Positions 14,066-30,574 are shown, counted from the first letter of the stretch. The stretch: 64,000 nt of DNA from Eledone cirrhosa (GCA_964016885.1 OZ024740.1:266662001-266726000), one strand, 5' to 3'. Program-made: numbers and translations. The notes: generated by a model from the letters alone, not told the origin.

Positions 14066-14999
14066 AATAACGGAGCAGATACTAATATGGGTTGGATTAT
14101 TAATGGCAATTTGGTGCCTGGTTGGAACTGATGTTTTGAAATATCCGCTGTTTTTCCCCGAAAATACACACATTCCAAGAATTCTTAAAATGACTTACAA
14201 TTTCAGCATAGGCAAATATTTCTATCTTTGCTTTGTACGGATTTTTTCTATGAAAGATAGGTATCCAGCAATCCTTATTCACCATTTCGTAGCCCTCAGT
14301 ACTTATATTGTTATCAACGGTTTCGAACAAAATATGTTGGCTGGTTTACTTGGGCCTTTTATGGAAATTACATCATCACCGGTTATATTTTCGAAAATAG
14401 CAAATAACCTTCGTTTGTCAGAAAAGAAACTCAAATCAAGTTTAACCATCCATTTCATTGAACTGATTGCGATGATTTTATTTCGAGGAGTTTGTCCAAT
14501 TATCAGCTTCGTTTATATTTGCTACAAACAGCACACCTTTGCTATGGAAAGCATTCCTCTTGCGTTCTTCTTTTTGTCTATCGTTTTCTTTGGAATTATC
14601 AATAGCTGGCTCATATTTAGATTGGCCTTTAACATACGGTTGGTGTGGCAGCTGAATAATACATCACAAAAAACATCACCAGTTCTGCCCGATGATAAAC
14701 ATTCCTTTTACTTGCATATTATGACATATTTACATTCAAAATGGAACCGAAGTAAGAACACAAAATGCAAGACACCTGAAATGGCCAAATTGCCAATTAT
14801 TTTTACGAACAATTTAACAACACTCGCTATTCCTAAATTATCTGGTGAAAAATGTACTAAAATTATTGATTTTCACCATAATGATTTTAGTATGTTTCCA
14901 GATGCTGCTAAGTTGAAAAATACAGACAGCAATGGAGAAAGAGAATTATGTGACATAAATGCATGCAAGCCTGAACAGTTTAACAAAGAGACAGTTTAA
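14066..14999 (+). CDS. Probable terminal coding exon of a TLC (TRAM/LAG1/CLN8) domain-like multi-pass membrane protein
   Basis: 319-codon ORF with several hydrophobic helices and TLC-like motifs ILIHHFVAL, FMEITS and LFRG. Acceptor TTTGTCTTTCCAG ends at 14065, so the ORF-track ATG at 14040 is probably intronic. Confidence 0.7.
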
Positions 15000-16734
15000 A
15001 ACATCCATGTAGACATGCGAGAGACAGTTCATTCTCTTAACCCGCAGTCTGCTTCATATTCCAGCAAAAAAAAGGCAATTCTGATTTTATCCCGGAACAA
15101 GCTCAAAACTGCAGTTAATGAAACGCACAGAGGGAATGAACAGATGTTGTTATCCAGAAGGAAATAGAAGCGAAACTTAAGGACGATTCTTCAATGACTC
15201 AAAAGCTCTAGAAACCAACCATACCATTAAATCATTTGTAAATTTCATAAACTCTGCTCAAAATACTGACACTGTTGTTTTACATTAATGCTATTATATC
15301 CTTTTTATTTCAATTGTTAAAAAAAAGTTTATTTATGATGAAGAAAAAAAAACACAAAATATTTTTTTATTTTATCCCGTCGTTCATGTGTTGTACTTCC
15401 GTTTAAAAGTGGGTGACTGTTTTATAAATGATTGTGTGATATTGGTTTCAGTTATTTGGCTGTAACCATGCTGCCTTAAAGGGATTTAGTTGATCATATC
15501 AACCCTAGTATAGTGGAACCTTGTTTCACGAAATTAATTCTTTCCTGAAGGCCGTACGACACTCAAAATGTTCGTAAGCCGAAATTATTTTCCTAAACGA
15601 AATGTTGAGAGAGAACTACAGTAAGAAAAAGACTGTGTGTGAAAGACAGATAAATATCACCATGATAACTAATTACACAGCAAGTGACACTTTCCTGCCC
15701 GCACTCCCAGCCTGTTGCCGACTTGCACGTTCGTTACTCGGAACACCGTTCATGAAAGGAGACGTTTCATGTTCGGAAAAATTGTTTGTGAATTTGTTGA
15801 GCTGCTAGGTTCTAAAACAGCTACAGCGACACAAACGTTATCGCCATCATATCTGCAAATCTCACTCAAGAGACATTGGCCAACATGAGCCTAGAATAGA
15901 CACTTGCCCAAGGTGCCACACAGTGAACCGAATCCCGAAACCATGGGGTTGCAAATGAAACTCCTTAACCATACAGCTAGGCCTTCACCTGTTGTGTTAC
16001 ACATCAATTAATCAATATTTTTTTGATTGTTAGTAATAACATAATTAATGAAGAAAGCATCAAAAAGCAAATTAATAAAAATTTATAGTAAAGATAGAAG
16101 AAAAAAACAAAAGACATGACAACTTCCCTGTTGGCGATTAACATGATAAATGCACCCAGTACATGCTGTAAAGTGATAGGAAGGACATCCAGCTGCAGAA
16201 AGCTTAAATGTTGGGAGGCTCTTTAGTTGTGCCAAAAATCATGACAACCTCCTTAGTGCTGTTGCCAAGATAACATGCACTCAGTTGAGTGTGAGACTGT
16301 ATGTAAGCGAGATGTGCCTCCCAACATGTCTGCGAAGTCAGTGGATTTACTTCAGTGCTGACTCAGTCTATGAGGACCCGTCCATCTCTTGGTAACAGGG
16401 AAAGCGGATGTTAAATAATGATAATGGTGAATATTAGTTGTTGTTTTTTTTTTGTATTTTGATTTTTTTTTTAGCGCAGGCATGGGTTCTCAATTCATCC
16501 GGCAATTATCTGCTTATATCACAACTACCCACCATATCTGGTGGTTGCATCGCTATTCGCCACCTGCAACCTGTTCTGTAGCAGAGCAGTGCTTCGAAAA
16601 CTGAGACACTCATCCTCTCAAGGAAGCGTGTGCAGTGCACTCTACATGTGAATAGAGTTTCACTGAAGCAGGTGGTAAAGACCGACAGAATACGATCGTG
16701 AATGCAAGTGGCCGAAATGGGGTTCAGTCGGATC

Positions 16735-16930
16735 AGGTGGAGATGGTTGCTTCTGACAGGACCCTCTGGAAAGAGTGTTTGAGGACTCTGTCCCCACGAC
16801 CCTCAGGAATAAGTGGAAGAAGAAGATAGCTTCTCAATATGCAGTATTTTTTTACCATAGCCTTGTCTTGAGCAATATTTTGTAAGTGGAATCTATCTGG
16901 TAGATGAAGTTTGCTGAACCATGTCATATG
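16735..16930 (-). mobile_element. RTE-like LINE 3' remnant
   Basis: TWFSKL...LQNIAQDKA resembles an RTE C-terminus; degenerate. Confidence 0.35.
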
Positions 16931-17334
16931 TGGATGCTTTCATTATCAATTTACATCTGTTTTCCCATGCTAACATGAGTGAGATGTGTCATTACAGACC
17001 AAGTCAATACTTAACTCTTGACATCCTGTAATGGTCTAACAGAAAATATCTAACAAATGCTGTGAAAATGTGCAGTAGATAGAGAAAAGACTTTTAATAT
17101 TTAATGTAATACAGTCATAGTGTTGTTTTGTACTTCTGAAAAATGTGGTTCGAAGCAGTTACATCACGTTTCGATCAACACGTTCCATTTTGTTAATGGT
17201 TTCTATGGTTGGATGCCAGTTACTTCACAAAGTATACAGTCACTATAAAAAAAATGCAGTGAACCAGGAGTGGGCTAAATGGAAGCTTGAAACTAATGGC
17301 ACTATCATTCACAAATTGCTTCCCCTGTTCTTAC

Positions 17335-17522
17335 CTATTGGATTGGCAGTATCGGTAAAGCATCGGATAACAAGCTTTACGGCATAGAAATACGGCATTT
17401 TACGTTCTAAATACAAATCCCGGAGTCGATAAAATAAAGTACCAGTAACGCACTGGAGTCAATTCAATCGACTTTCCCCTCTCCTAAATTGTTGGCCTTG
17501 TGCCTAAATCAGAAACAATTAT
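17335..17522 (+). mobile_element. Nin/Deu-like SINE, internally deleted
   Basis: ATTGGCAGTATCGGTA head plus GTCGATAAAATAAAGTACCAGT and GGCCTTGTGCCTAAA tail. Confidence 0.65.
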
Positions 17523-17881
17523 TCACAAATTGCTATATAAAATAAATACGGACAGGAGATATTTCCTGATCTCTTTTCGGTATTATTTGACCTTAGTAAA
17601 GTAGATTTGAAGAAGTGATGAAATAGTCACTAAACCCTTTTGTTATTAACCTGGCCAAAACTAGTTCTGGTTCTATGAAATAAAGTAACCCATTTTAAAG
17701 GCACACACACACACACACACACCACACCACACCACACCACACCACACCACACAACTTGTCATTATAGTGAAAATATTTTTCTAAAGTCTATGTTGTGTTG
17801 TCTGAAAGTTGAAGGACATACAGAAACACACACACAAACACACTCTCCAAAATAATAACTATATTTATTTCATTATTTATA

Positions 17882-18366
17882 TCTTAACTATAATAAAGAA
17901 AGGAGTGCAGGACTGTGTCCAGAATATATTTTTTTATCCTGTTTGTAAAATAAGTTGGATTACTTTGAATAAGTAACGAATGAATATTATATAATTTATC
18001 TACTAAATTTCGTAGTTCTTGATTAAATATATTTTATTGTTTATTAAAAGATTCACTTCTTTAAAATTTTCAAATGTCAACACTTCCTGTTAGTGATTGC
18101 TTAAATAAACATTCATATATTTTCGTCACTAATTTTCTCCTAATGCAGTTTATATATAATATCGTCTTTTTTTAATGTATCATGGATTACGTTACTGATT
18201 ACATAAGACAGTGTAACGCAGTCTTCGTTCAATTTCTGTGTATATTGTCAATTACGATTTTATTTGATGTATCATATCTACATGTATATATACTTGCGTA
18301 ATAATATCAATATGCACACTACACATGCTAGCAGAAAACACCTCGTGGGGTGGTTTTTCTGCTAGT
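17882..18366 (+). mobile_element. Non-autonomous Helitron-like repeat
   Basis: 5' TCTTAACTATAATAAAG; 3' hairpin CTAGCAGAAAA..TTTTCTGCTAG ending in CTAGT; 18120-18366 is homologous to 55750-55997. Confidence 0.5.
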
Positions 18367-19244
18367 ACATATAAATGTGACGGAGAAATTATTTATAATA
18401 TAGATTGCAACTTTAATCACATAATAAATCAGAGCGTTTAAGATAGCTAGATAGCCTCAAGTTCACGCCCCTACCCTAGAGAAGTTAGCTGTGTAAAAAA
18501 AAAGGGAAACTGTATAACTGAGAATCAAAACCGAGCAATAGATTCGATGGGGTTTTTTGGGGGTTTTTTTCATGACCTCCGACACTGTTGCGAGAGTAGT
18601 TATCCTTAGAAGAGAAGCATATTGCTTGTAATATAGTGTGCGTTGATAAATGCATCTAAGAACCAAGTAGTGGTTTTAAACTGAGTAACAAATTATGTCT
18701 ACCTCCCAAGAATAGGGACAGTCTCTCTGGTGGGCTTTCTTGGTAGACTGAGACTGTGTGGAAAGCCCACTCAGTCTACCAAATTTCTCGCACACGGCTT
18801 TTATAAAGAAATCTACAACTTGGTCAGAAAATTGTAAATACTAATATTTCTTTGACGAGGGTCAAAATCTACGTCTTGAATTGGAAGAAGTATAGGTAAT
18901 GGAGATGACCTCAATATATTACTGTTACTTATTTTATTAAACTCTGATCGATCAGATCTTTGTTTCAATAGCAATCAAATCGCCGTTATTACGTGTATTA
19001 CTTTTTCTTTCAAACATCGTGCCCCTCCTTTTTTTTTTTTTAAAAGATGATATTGTGAATTTAGAAGAATTGTTCTTCTATTACAAAACGTTCGACCGAC
19101 TATGTAGCTCTTCTCTTGCTAGTATTGGCGCAAAAGTACTAATTAATAATAATGAGTATAATTATTGAATCAAAAGATGAGAGTTTGATCTTCACAACAG
19201 ACACGGGCATTCAGATCTTTCCTTTAAACAAACAAAACAACATT

Positions 19245-19415
19245 GAATAATGAAAGTAAGGGGAAAATGTGGAGGAAGTGGGTGGGATATTTCAACTGTA
19301 CCCTACAGACAAAATGTCGAAAATTTTGCCCTGGAGAACAGCGTGTGATAACCGCTGCATCTGCCACCCTCTCCTATGTAGAGGAAAACGGGAGTTCGGG
19401 AACAGAGGATACCAG
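19245..19415 (-). mobile_element. CRE-like non-LTR retrotransposon 3' fragment
   Basis: Homologous to 51826-52075, which encodes FEPVAVETS... Confidence 0.5.
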
Positions 19416-19419
19416 AGCT

Positions 19420-19812
19420 CAAAAGATCCTTATGAAAGGGAGTAAACAGAGATTCCAGATTTCAATTCAAAATTTAGATATATGTACGAAAGAATGCTGC
19501 TTTCTCGAGCTGGTCTCGTTAATCACCAAACATCACATGTGGTTGGCCAGACACAGGCTGTCTATGATGATCTTTTTTCCGCAGAGGCCAATTGTCATGT
19601 CTGTGGAAAAGTCTGTTATTCTCAAAGTGGTCTGGCTAGACACTGTAATCGACATTATCAGGGCCGCCATATTTGTTTTAAGTGTAATATTTGTGAGAAA
19701 ACATGCGACTCTGGGACCAGTCATAAGAGCCACATACGTACCCACAATTGGGTACTTATCGATGATGTTTGAAAAGGTGGTAATATTCTGAAAACAGTCA
19801 GCAATAATCATA
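19420..19812 (+). mobile_element. RTE-type LINE 3' end with three C2H2 zinc fingers (retrotransposon remnant)
   Basis: ERMLLSRAGLVNHQTSH, CHVCGKVCYSQSGLARHCNRH and CNICEKTCDSGTSHKSHIRTH; the SRAGL..H finger style is typical of RTE C-termini. Confidence 0.55.
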
Positions 19813-19899
19813 ATGTGATTGACGTCAGGAAGGGCATCCAGCCAGGAACACCCCTATATGAGCGAGACTGGAAGCAATTTATATACGTTAGCTGACAAT

Positions 19900-20410
19900 T
19901 CAGAGAAATCTAGGTAACACTGGCCACTCCACTCGTGACTACTTCCCATTGTCGTTCACCTAACAATCTGCTCCGAACCTGATTCCGAGCACTTTAACCT
20001 GATCCTTGGTCCAGTGACAGAAGCCACCGACCCACATGGGACTTCACTATAGACTTATTGCGGTTAATGCGTGTTCCCGTTACATCCTTGTAGTCGTCCA
20101 GCATTGTGGCGACCACCTCGTTTTACCATGTGTCAGATACGATGACATTGATGTCAACATGTTCGAGTTGTGTGAGGTGTTCTTTAACGCCTCTTACCTT
20201 TGTAGGAAAGGCGAGAGGACGGTCAAAGCTAAACAGACCGGATACGTGGTCATTTAGTTTTACCAGCGAACAGATGCTGCTCTAGTGAGAATCCAGCTTA
20301 TGAAAGACGTGGTTGAAATCAGGTATGGGTCTACTCAGTCAAAGGTTTTAGACTGATGTAAATTCATCAGGGCCCTGTCGCAGTCATATTTTTGTGTGGA
20401 CCCGCTCAAC
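19900..20410 (-). mobile_element. Degenerate Tx1/L1-clade reverse transcriptase fragment
   Basis: Manual minus-strand translation: ALMNLHQSKTFD*VD (equals LDQSKAFDRVD), DINVIVSD...YKDVTGTRINRNKS and WTKDQVKVLGIRFG. Confidence 0.75.
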
Positions 20411-22200
20411 TATATATATACCATATATACACACTTACCATATATACACACTTACCATATATACACAGTAACCATATATACACACTAACAATATATACGC
20501 ACTAACAATATATACACATTCACCATATATACACATTCCCCATATATACATATTCACCATATATACACAGTAACCATATATACACACTAACAATATATAC
20601 ACACCCAACATATATACTCACTCAACATATCCACACTAACCATATATACACACTCAACATATACACACACTAACCATATACTGATGTAAATTCATCAAGG
20701 CCCTGTCGCAGTCATATTTTTGTGTGGACCCGCTCAACTATATATATACCATATATACACACTTACCATATATACACACTAACAATATATACACATTCAC
20801 CATATATACACATTCCCCATATATACATATTCACCATATATACACAGTAACCATATATACACACTAACAATATATACACACCCAACATATATACTCACTC
20901 AACATATCCACACTAACCATATATACACACTCAACATATACACACACTAACCATATACTGATGTAAATTCATCAGGGCCCTGTCGCAGTCATATTTTTGT
21001 GTGGACCCGCTCAACTATATATATACCATATATACACACTTACCATATATACACACTTACCATATATACACACTAACAATATATACACACTAACAATATA
21101 TACACATTCACCATATATACACATTCCCCATATATACATATTCACCATATATACACAGTAACCATATATACACACTAACAATATATACACACCCAACATA
21201 TATACTCACTCAACATATCCACACTAACAATATATAAACACTAACCATATATACACACTCAACATATACACACACTAACCATATACTGATGTAAATTCAT
21301 CAGGGCCCTGTCGCAGTCATATTTTTGTGTGGACCCGCTCAACTATATATATACCATATATACACACTTACCATATATACACACTAACAATATATACACA
21401 CTAACAATATATACACATTCACCATATATACACATTCCCCATATATACATATTCACCATATATACACAGTAACCATATATACACACTAACAATATATACA
21501 CACCCAACATATATACTCACTCAACATATCCACACTAACAATATATAAACACTAACCATATATACACACTCAACATATACACACACTAACCATATACTGA
21601 TGTAAATTCATCAGGGCCCTGTCGCAGTCATATTTTTGTGTGGACCCGCTCAACTATATATATACCATATATACACACTTACCATATATACACACTAACA
21701 ATATATACACACTAACAATATATACACATTCACCATATATACACATTCCCCATATATACATATTCACCATATATACACAGTAACCATATATACACACTAA
21801 CAATATATACACACCCAACATATATACTCACTCAACATATCCACACTAACAATATATAAACACTAACCATATATACACACTCAACATATACACACACTAA
21901 CCATATACTGATGTAAATTCATCAGGGCCCTGTCGCAGTCATATTTTTGTGTGGACCCGCTCAACTATATATATACCATATATACACACTTACCATATAT
22001 ACACACTAACAATATATACACATTCACCATATATACACATTCCCCATATATACATATTCACCATATATACACAGTAACCATATATACACACTAACAATAT
22101 ATACACACCCAACATATATACTCACTCAACATATCCACACTAACAATATATAAACACTAACCATATATACACACTCAACATATACACACACACTAACCAT
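20353..22200. repeat. Six-unit tandem array (277-328 bp units): 58-bp Tx1 RT piece plus 17-mer minisatellite
   Basis: CTGATGTAAATTCATCA units start at 20353, 20681, 20958, 21286, 21597 and 21908; periods differ by multiples of 17 bp. Confidence 0.9.
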
Positions 22201-22361
22201 ATACACACACACTCAACATATATACACAAAGAGGCAACAATCCTGTCTGGGTAAATACGTATTCGTAAATAAGTTATATCTAATAATCCAAGCGTGAAAT
22301 TAGTTACAATAGAGTGGAGTACGTGACTTGATAGAATATATGAATATGAAGTTTATCCGTG

Positions 22362-22395
<34 letters not shown>

Positions 22396-22412
22396 AATAT
22401 ATATATATATAA

Positions 22413-22453
<41 letters not shown>

Positions 22454-22484
22454 TATATATAAATATATATATAAATATAAATAT

Positions 22485-22563
<79 letters not shown>

Positions 22564-22606
22564 AATATATATATATAAATATATATATATATAAATATAT
22601 ATAAAT

Positions 22607-22643
<37 letters not shown>

Positions 22644-22652
22644 AATATATCC

Positions 22653-22691
<39 letters not shown>

Positions 22692-22696
22692 TATCC

Positions 22697-22733
<37 letters not shown>

Positions 22734-22738
22734 TATCC

Positions 22739-22781
<43 letters not shown>

Positions 22782-22786
22782 TATCC

Positions 22787-22823
<37 letters not shown>

Positions 22824-22828
22824 TGTCC

Positions 22829-22859
<31 letters not shown>

Positions 22860-22863
<4 letters not shown>

Positions 22864-23603
22864 AAAGTTCTATTTAAAATTGTTGGGATACAACAAGTAA
22901 ATATTTTTATAACTGATATAAAGCACTCGACAAGTATTTGGAGTAGATATACGATATTAATAAATGGAAACTATATTTATAAAACCATATTTATTTCATT
23001 ATACATATTTCAGGGATACCAAATTAAATTATGGTATGCCTTCATCAGACAAAATACAATATATAACAGTTTTACAAATAAGCTTTGACGTACCCTATTA
23101 AAATGCAACCATTGTTTTTGGAAGTCATCCGGATAGTGAATTGTTTATATAACTTTAATAAGTCATAGTGTTAAGGACAATTAGAAAAAAACGGAGAGAA
23201 AGAAAAAACGTGGAGAAATATCGGAGAGAGAGAGAGATGCATGGAGAAAAAAAGAAAGAGATGAGTAAAGACAGGAGGAAAGGAAGAAAGAAGAAAAAAG
23301 GAAGTAATAAGAAAAACAGAGGAAAGCAACAGAGAGATATTAGGTCAACAGACAGATAGAAAAACTCAAGAGAGAGAGGGAGATTATGAAAACTTTACGC
23401 CATGTCATGTTAAGTTGAGTTAACAATTCATATGAAATGAATAATAAAAATATAAATATTAATATTCATGAATGGGACATAGATATATAATATGAGAAAT
23501 TAAACATTGTTTAACAATGACTATATGTTTAGTTTAAACCTTGAGATCAATATACCAAAATTTGGGTTTAATCTCCAAAATGTACACATTGCTAGGGAAA
23601 GAC

Positions 23604-23665
<62 letters not shown>

Positions 23666-25316
23666 GCACGTCCTGAAAATAGAAATTATATTTACTCAAG
23701 TCAACAATATAGACATATAAAGCGCAGACGATTTCTCTTAATCACTGCTATACATTCGTTGTGTTATAAAAAGTTCACAGTATATATACACATAAATATA
23801 TACGATTAACATTCATGACTTCGTATATATGATTACCATTCATGCATTTAACATTTCTGCAATCCAAACTGCGTGGTTATGCAACATAACTTTTACCCAC
23901 ACATATACATACACACACATATATACATATACACCTATATATGTATAAATAAATATCTGCGTGCGTCATCAGGCATCGCTCATGTATACATACAGACATA
24001 TATACAATCATAAAAAACCTATAACACTTTTATATGCATGTTAATACACACATATACTTTTGTATAGAGATAATCAAATATCAATATATTACTAAGGATT
24101 ATACTTTGGAAATATAATTATACCAATATAAATTTAAAATACTAAAGGATTATATTTTGGAAATACAACTATATCAGTATAGTCAAAAGGACAAACGAAT
24201 TCTAGAAATGTCAAAGCATTAAATATCTTTAAAACACTATAGAGTATCTTAAATTAAAATAATATGTTTCATATATTTAGTATAGAAAATTATCCTACTT
24301 ATATTTCAATCAAGATATTGAAAGGGTAGACTTATGAGAATTATGAGAAGCTATCAGAATCAAAGCAAAACTAATAAAAATTAAATTAAATAAAAGTTAA
24401 ATAAATATTATATCAATATAATTTAAAAATTTAAAGATCTAAAAATTTCAAAAAATTTCAAAAAGAATTTAAAAAAATTTCAAAATTCAAAAATTTAAAA
24501 GATTTAAAAGACCAAGGATTCTACAGATATCCTTATATTTAGTATAGAAATTTATCCTACGTATATTTTATTTAAGATATTGTAAGTGTAGACGTTTTAA
24601 AGTAGTTTATTATATCTATGTTTATATTTAGGAAGAAAGTTTAAAAAGAAAAAGAAAAAGGTGAAGGAATCTAATGATTTATTAACAGGTTTTATATATT
24701 AACTAAATTACTTAATTAATTATACTACATTTTAAATTTATATTTATATTTAAACGTTGAGTTCAATCTATGTCTGCAGCAACTGAATAAATTGTTCCTT
24801 AAATTAAGGGAATTTTTGGACTTTAATATAAAGAATATTTCTTCAATACAAAGATCACAATTTTCAGAAGAGGAATTAAAAGGAGTAGCTCTTGAAATAA
24901 TATTCCAAGTCATCGAATATTTAACATTATCTCGTTTTAGGTCCCATAGTAGGCTAGATAGCGAAGTTTAAGATTTTTTGTTTGGATCTGTGAAAGAATT
25001 TTTATGATTATTGAAGCGAAATTTAAATTCAGTCGAGGTAGAACCAATATAGTTGAACGAATTTAAATTAGTTTTAACATTACAATTGTACACTACATTT
25101 TTAGCTAAGCAGTTGTTATTTAACGGACAGTTAGATTTATTTCTACAGTTACAGTTATTCAATTGAACATTGCTTGGGTTATTATTGGTATTTTTGTTAG
25201 GTTTTAAATTTCTATTATAAATTCTATTAATATTTTGTGCTAAATTTTTGGTGGACGCGTAAGTTAATTTTATAGTGTGTCTATTAAAAATTGAGTAATA
25301 TTTATGTGTTCTAGGG
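22860..25316 (-). mobile_element. 5'-truncated Penelope-like element (Naiad-type GIY-YIG remnant, long 3' UTR, terminal hammerhead)
   Basis: Minus ORFs 24968-25162 (CNCRNKSNCPLNNNC..VVYNC..YIGSTSTEFKFRFNNH) and 24725-24913 (CDLCIEE..LN..CRH) are homologous to the 43335 ORF; hammerhead at 22996-23052. Confidence 0.85.
22996..23052 (-). ncRNA. Type I hammerhead motif
   Basis: TTGT-CTGATGA-AGGCATACCA..TGGTATCCCT-GAAA-TATGTAT-A-ATGA, then AATAAA; stem I is weak. Confidence 0.7.
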
Positions 25317-26202
25317 ATAACAGAGAAAGCTTTAAGCTATACTCTGACTGGCTTCCATCTCACTCAACAAACATTACGATATACCTTAGTATAATCCCAA
25401 TTTTACGTTTGGGGTGCTAACTATATGTATTTTGCGGAAAGCCAGTTGTATTATTTTATATGAGACATAATTAAAATATATCTCCCTTTCCAAACAATTG
25501 TTTCATTATAAGTTTTCTACAAGTTGGGAGAATGTATCCGGGTTATGTAGAAGCCTGCACACATTCCGTAGGAATATATGCAGGTGGGCACTTATAAATC
25601 ATCAGTGGATGCCCGTCAAACAACGATATAAAAAAAACTCTCTTACCGATGTTTAATCCCATGTCAGCGATGGTCTCTCTCCGCGTCAGAATGACCGCCA
25701 GATTTGAAATTCCAGCAGTCTCAGAATGAGGAATCTCACAGCGTCATAAAACGGAAAGGGGAGGTCATCGCGAAACACGAGAAAGTAAAATAATTTACAC
25801 GCGGGTCAATTAATTTTTTCAACAATTTTAACCCTGCGTGTGAAGAACTCAATTAGATTTTTAAAAAATAAATATATGCATGTATTATTTATACACGCAT
25901 ATAGGTACTTTCATAGGCTAAAAACAGAGATATGATACCAGAATAACGATCAATATTTCATAGTAATAATAAATATGGAAAGTTACGCTTAAAAGGTATC
26001 TGGAAATATTCAACTCAGGCCAAATCAAGAGTATAATATTCAATAGATTAACAGAGAAAGCTTTAAGCTATACACTGACTGGCTTCCATCTCACTCAACA
26101 AACATTAGGATATACTTTAGTATAATCTATGCTAACTATATGTATTTTGCGGAAAGCCAGTTGTGTTATTTTATATGAGACATAATTAAAATATATCTCC
26201 CT

Positions 26203-26203
<1 letters not shown>
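25317..26203 (-). mobile_element. Non-coding hammerhead element, ~730-bp unit plus partial repeat
   Basis: 25317-25486 is repeated at 26049-26203; near-identical second insertion at 28723-29635. Confidence 0.8.
25489..25609 (-). ncRNA. Type I hammerhead with large branched stem II
   Basis: TCCA-CTGATGA-TTTATAAG..~80 nt..CTTATAAT-GAAA-CAATTG-TT-TGGA; second copy at 28895-29015. Confidence 0.8.
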
Positions 26204-26236
<33 letters not shown>

Positions 26237-26245
26237 TATATATAT

Positions 26246-26276
<31 letters not shown>

Positions 26277-26292
26277 AATATATATATATATA

Positions 26293-26323
<31 letters not shown>

Positions 26324-26340
26324 CAATATATATATATATA

Positions 26341-26460
<120 letters not shown>

Positions 26461-26575
26461 TATAATATATATATATATAAATATATTAAATATATATATA
26501 AATATATTATGTATATATATATAAATATATTATATATATATAAATATATGATATATATATATATAAATATATGAT

Positions 26576-26610
<35 letters not shown>

Positions 26611-26620
26611 AATATATGAT

Positions 26621-26786
<166 letters not shown>

Positions 26787-26915
26787 AATATATTATAAAT
26801 ATATTATAAATATATATATATATATATAAATATATGATATATATATATAAATATATGATATATATATATAAATATATTATATATATAAATATATTATATA
26901 TATATATATATATAA

Positions 26916-27009
<94 letters not shown>

Positions 27010-27177
27010 AGGTGATATTTTAGTAAGTCAATTTTATAATTTTCTTATTTTACGTCTCTCATATATATATATATAAATATATATATATATAAATATATTA
27101 TATATATATATATATAAATATATATATATATAAATATATTATATATATATATAAATATATAAATATATCATATATAT

Positions 27178-27212
<35 letters not shown>

Positions 27213-27215
27213 AAT

Positions 27216-27385
<170 letters not shown>

Positions 27386-27539
27386 TATATATATATATAT
27401 CAAGTAAGTATGTTTTGACACAGTGAGCGAGTTTGAAATTAGAAAATATATAGCTTTCACCGTATTTTTAACTGAAGGAATTTTAGCTTGATAACGTGGT
27501 TTAGAACCCTCAGATAAATGGAAAAAGATGAGTATTGAC

Positions 27540-27570
<31 letters not shown>

Positions 27571-27573
<3 letters not shown>

Positions 27574-27926
27574 CGGGTAAAATTCCCGAGATCCATGGAC
27601 GAGTTCTCTCCAGCGGTCTCTGTCCCTCATTATCGCTGCCATATCCTGCATCTCCAACAGACCAGTGTCTGTCCTTAGGGCATCAACATATGTTAACCTT
27701 GGTCTTCCTCTTCTAGTGTGTCCAGATGGTGGATGGGTGCTACATGAGAATGCTGAGGATGGCTCTGAACATTAATCAGTATACACTGAGGATGAAAAAC
27801 TCAGAGCTGTATGGGAGCATCCCAAAAGTCAGCTCAAAAGTGACACAGAGAAGATTGAGGTTGGCTGGACATGCTCACCGACATCCAGAGTTGACATTGC
27901 ACTCAGTGCTCCTTTGGGATCCCCTA
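27571..27926 (-). mobile_element. RTE-clade LINE 3' end with 5' inversion, inserted in (TA)n
   Basis: Minus 27571-27725 encodes RRGRPRLTYVD..DRDRWRELV; plus 27726-27926 encodes the immediately upstream DGCYMRMLR..RRLRLAGH..LLWDP. Confidence 0.8.
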
Positions 27927-27945
27927 CATATATATATATATAAAT

Positions 27946-28719
<774 letters not shown>

Positions 28720-28722
28720 ACA

Positions 28723-29815
<1,093 letters not shown>

Positions 29816-29825
29816 TATAAATATA

Positions 29826-30272
29826 TGCAAAAGTTCTATTTAAAGTTGTTGGGATACAACAAGTAAATATTTTTATAACTGATATAAAGCACTCGACAAG
29901 TTTTTGGAGTAGATATACGATATTAATAAATGGAAACTATATTTATAAAACCATATTTATTTCATTATACATATTTCAGGGATACCATATTAAATTATGG
30001 TATGCCTTCATCAGACAAAATACAATATATAACAGTTTTACAAATAGCTTTGACGTACCCTTTTAAAATACAACCATTACTTTTGCAGGCAGCCAGACAG
30101 CCTCCAAAAGTAATGGTTGTATTTTAAAAGGGTACGTCAAAGCTATTTGTAAAACTGTTATATATTGTATTTTGTCTGATGAAGGCATACCATAATTTAA
30201 TATGGTATCCCTGAAATATGTATAATGAAATAAATATGGTTTTTTAAATATAGTTTCCATTTATTAATATCG
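29826..30272. mobile_element. Foldback PLE terminus with two opposed hammerheads (29962-30018 minus, 30172-30228 plus)
   Basis: Same family as 22860-23125; about 29917-30085 is inverted at about 30104-30272. Confidence 0.8.
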
Positions 30273-30308
30273 TATATATATATATAAATATCTATATTTA
30301 TATATATA

Positions 30309-30429
<121 letters not shown>

Positions 30430-30472
30430 ATTTATATATATATATTTATATATATATATATTTATATATATA

Positions 30473-30568
<96 letters not shown>

Positions 30569-30574
30569 TATATT

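Noticed and set aside
19482-19772. Host C2H2 zinc-finger gene
   Set aside because: The first finger is frameshifted, no TGEKP linkers are present, and the motif style and context fit an RTE 3' end.
20353-20376. CTGATGA on the minus strand of each ~310-bp tandem unit, suggesting a second hammerhead array
   Set aside because: No GAAA or stem III follows; the bases are codons of the Tx1 RT motif (A-L-M-N-L-H-Q-S-K).
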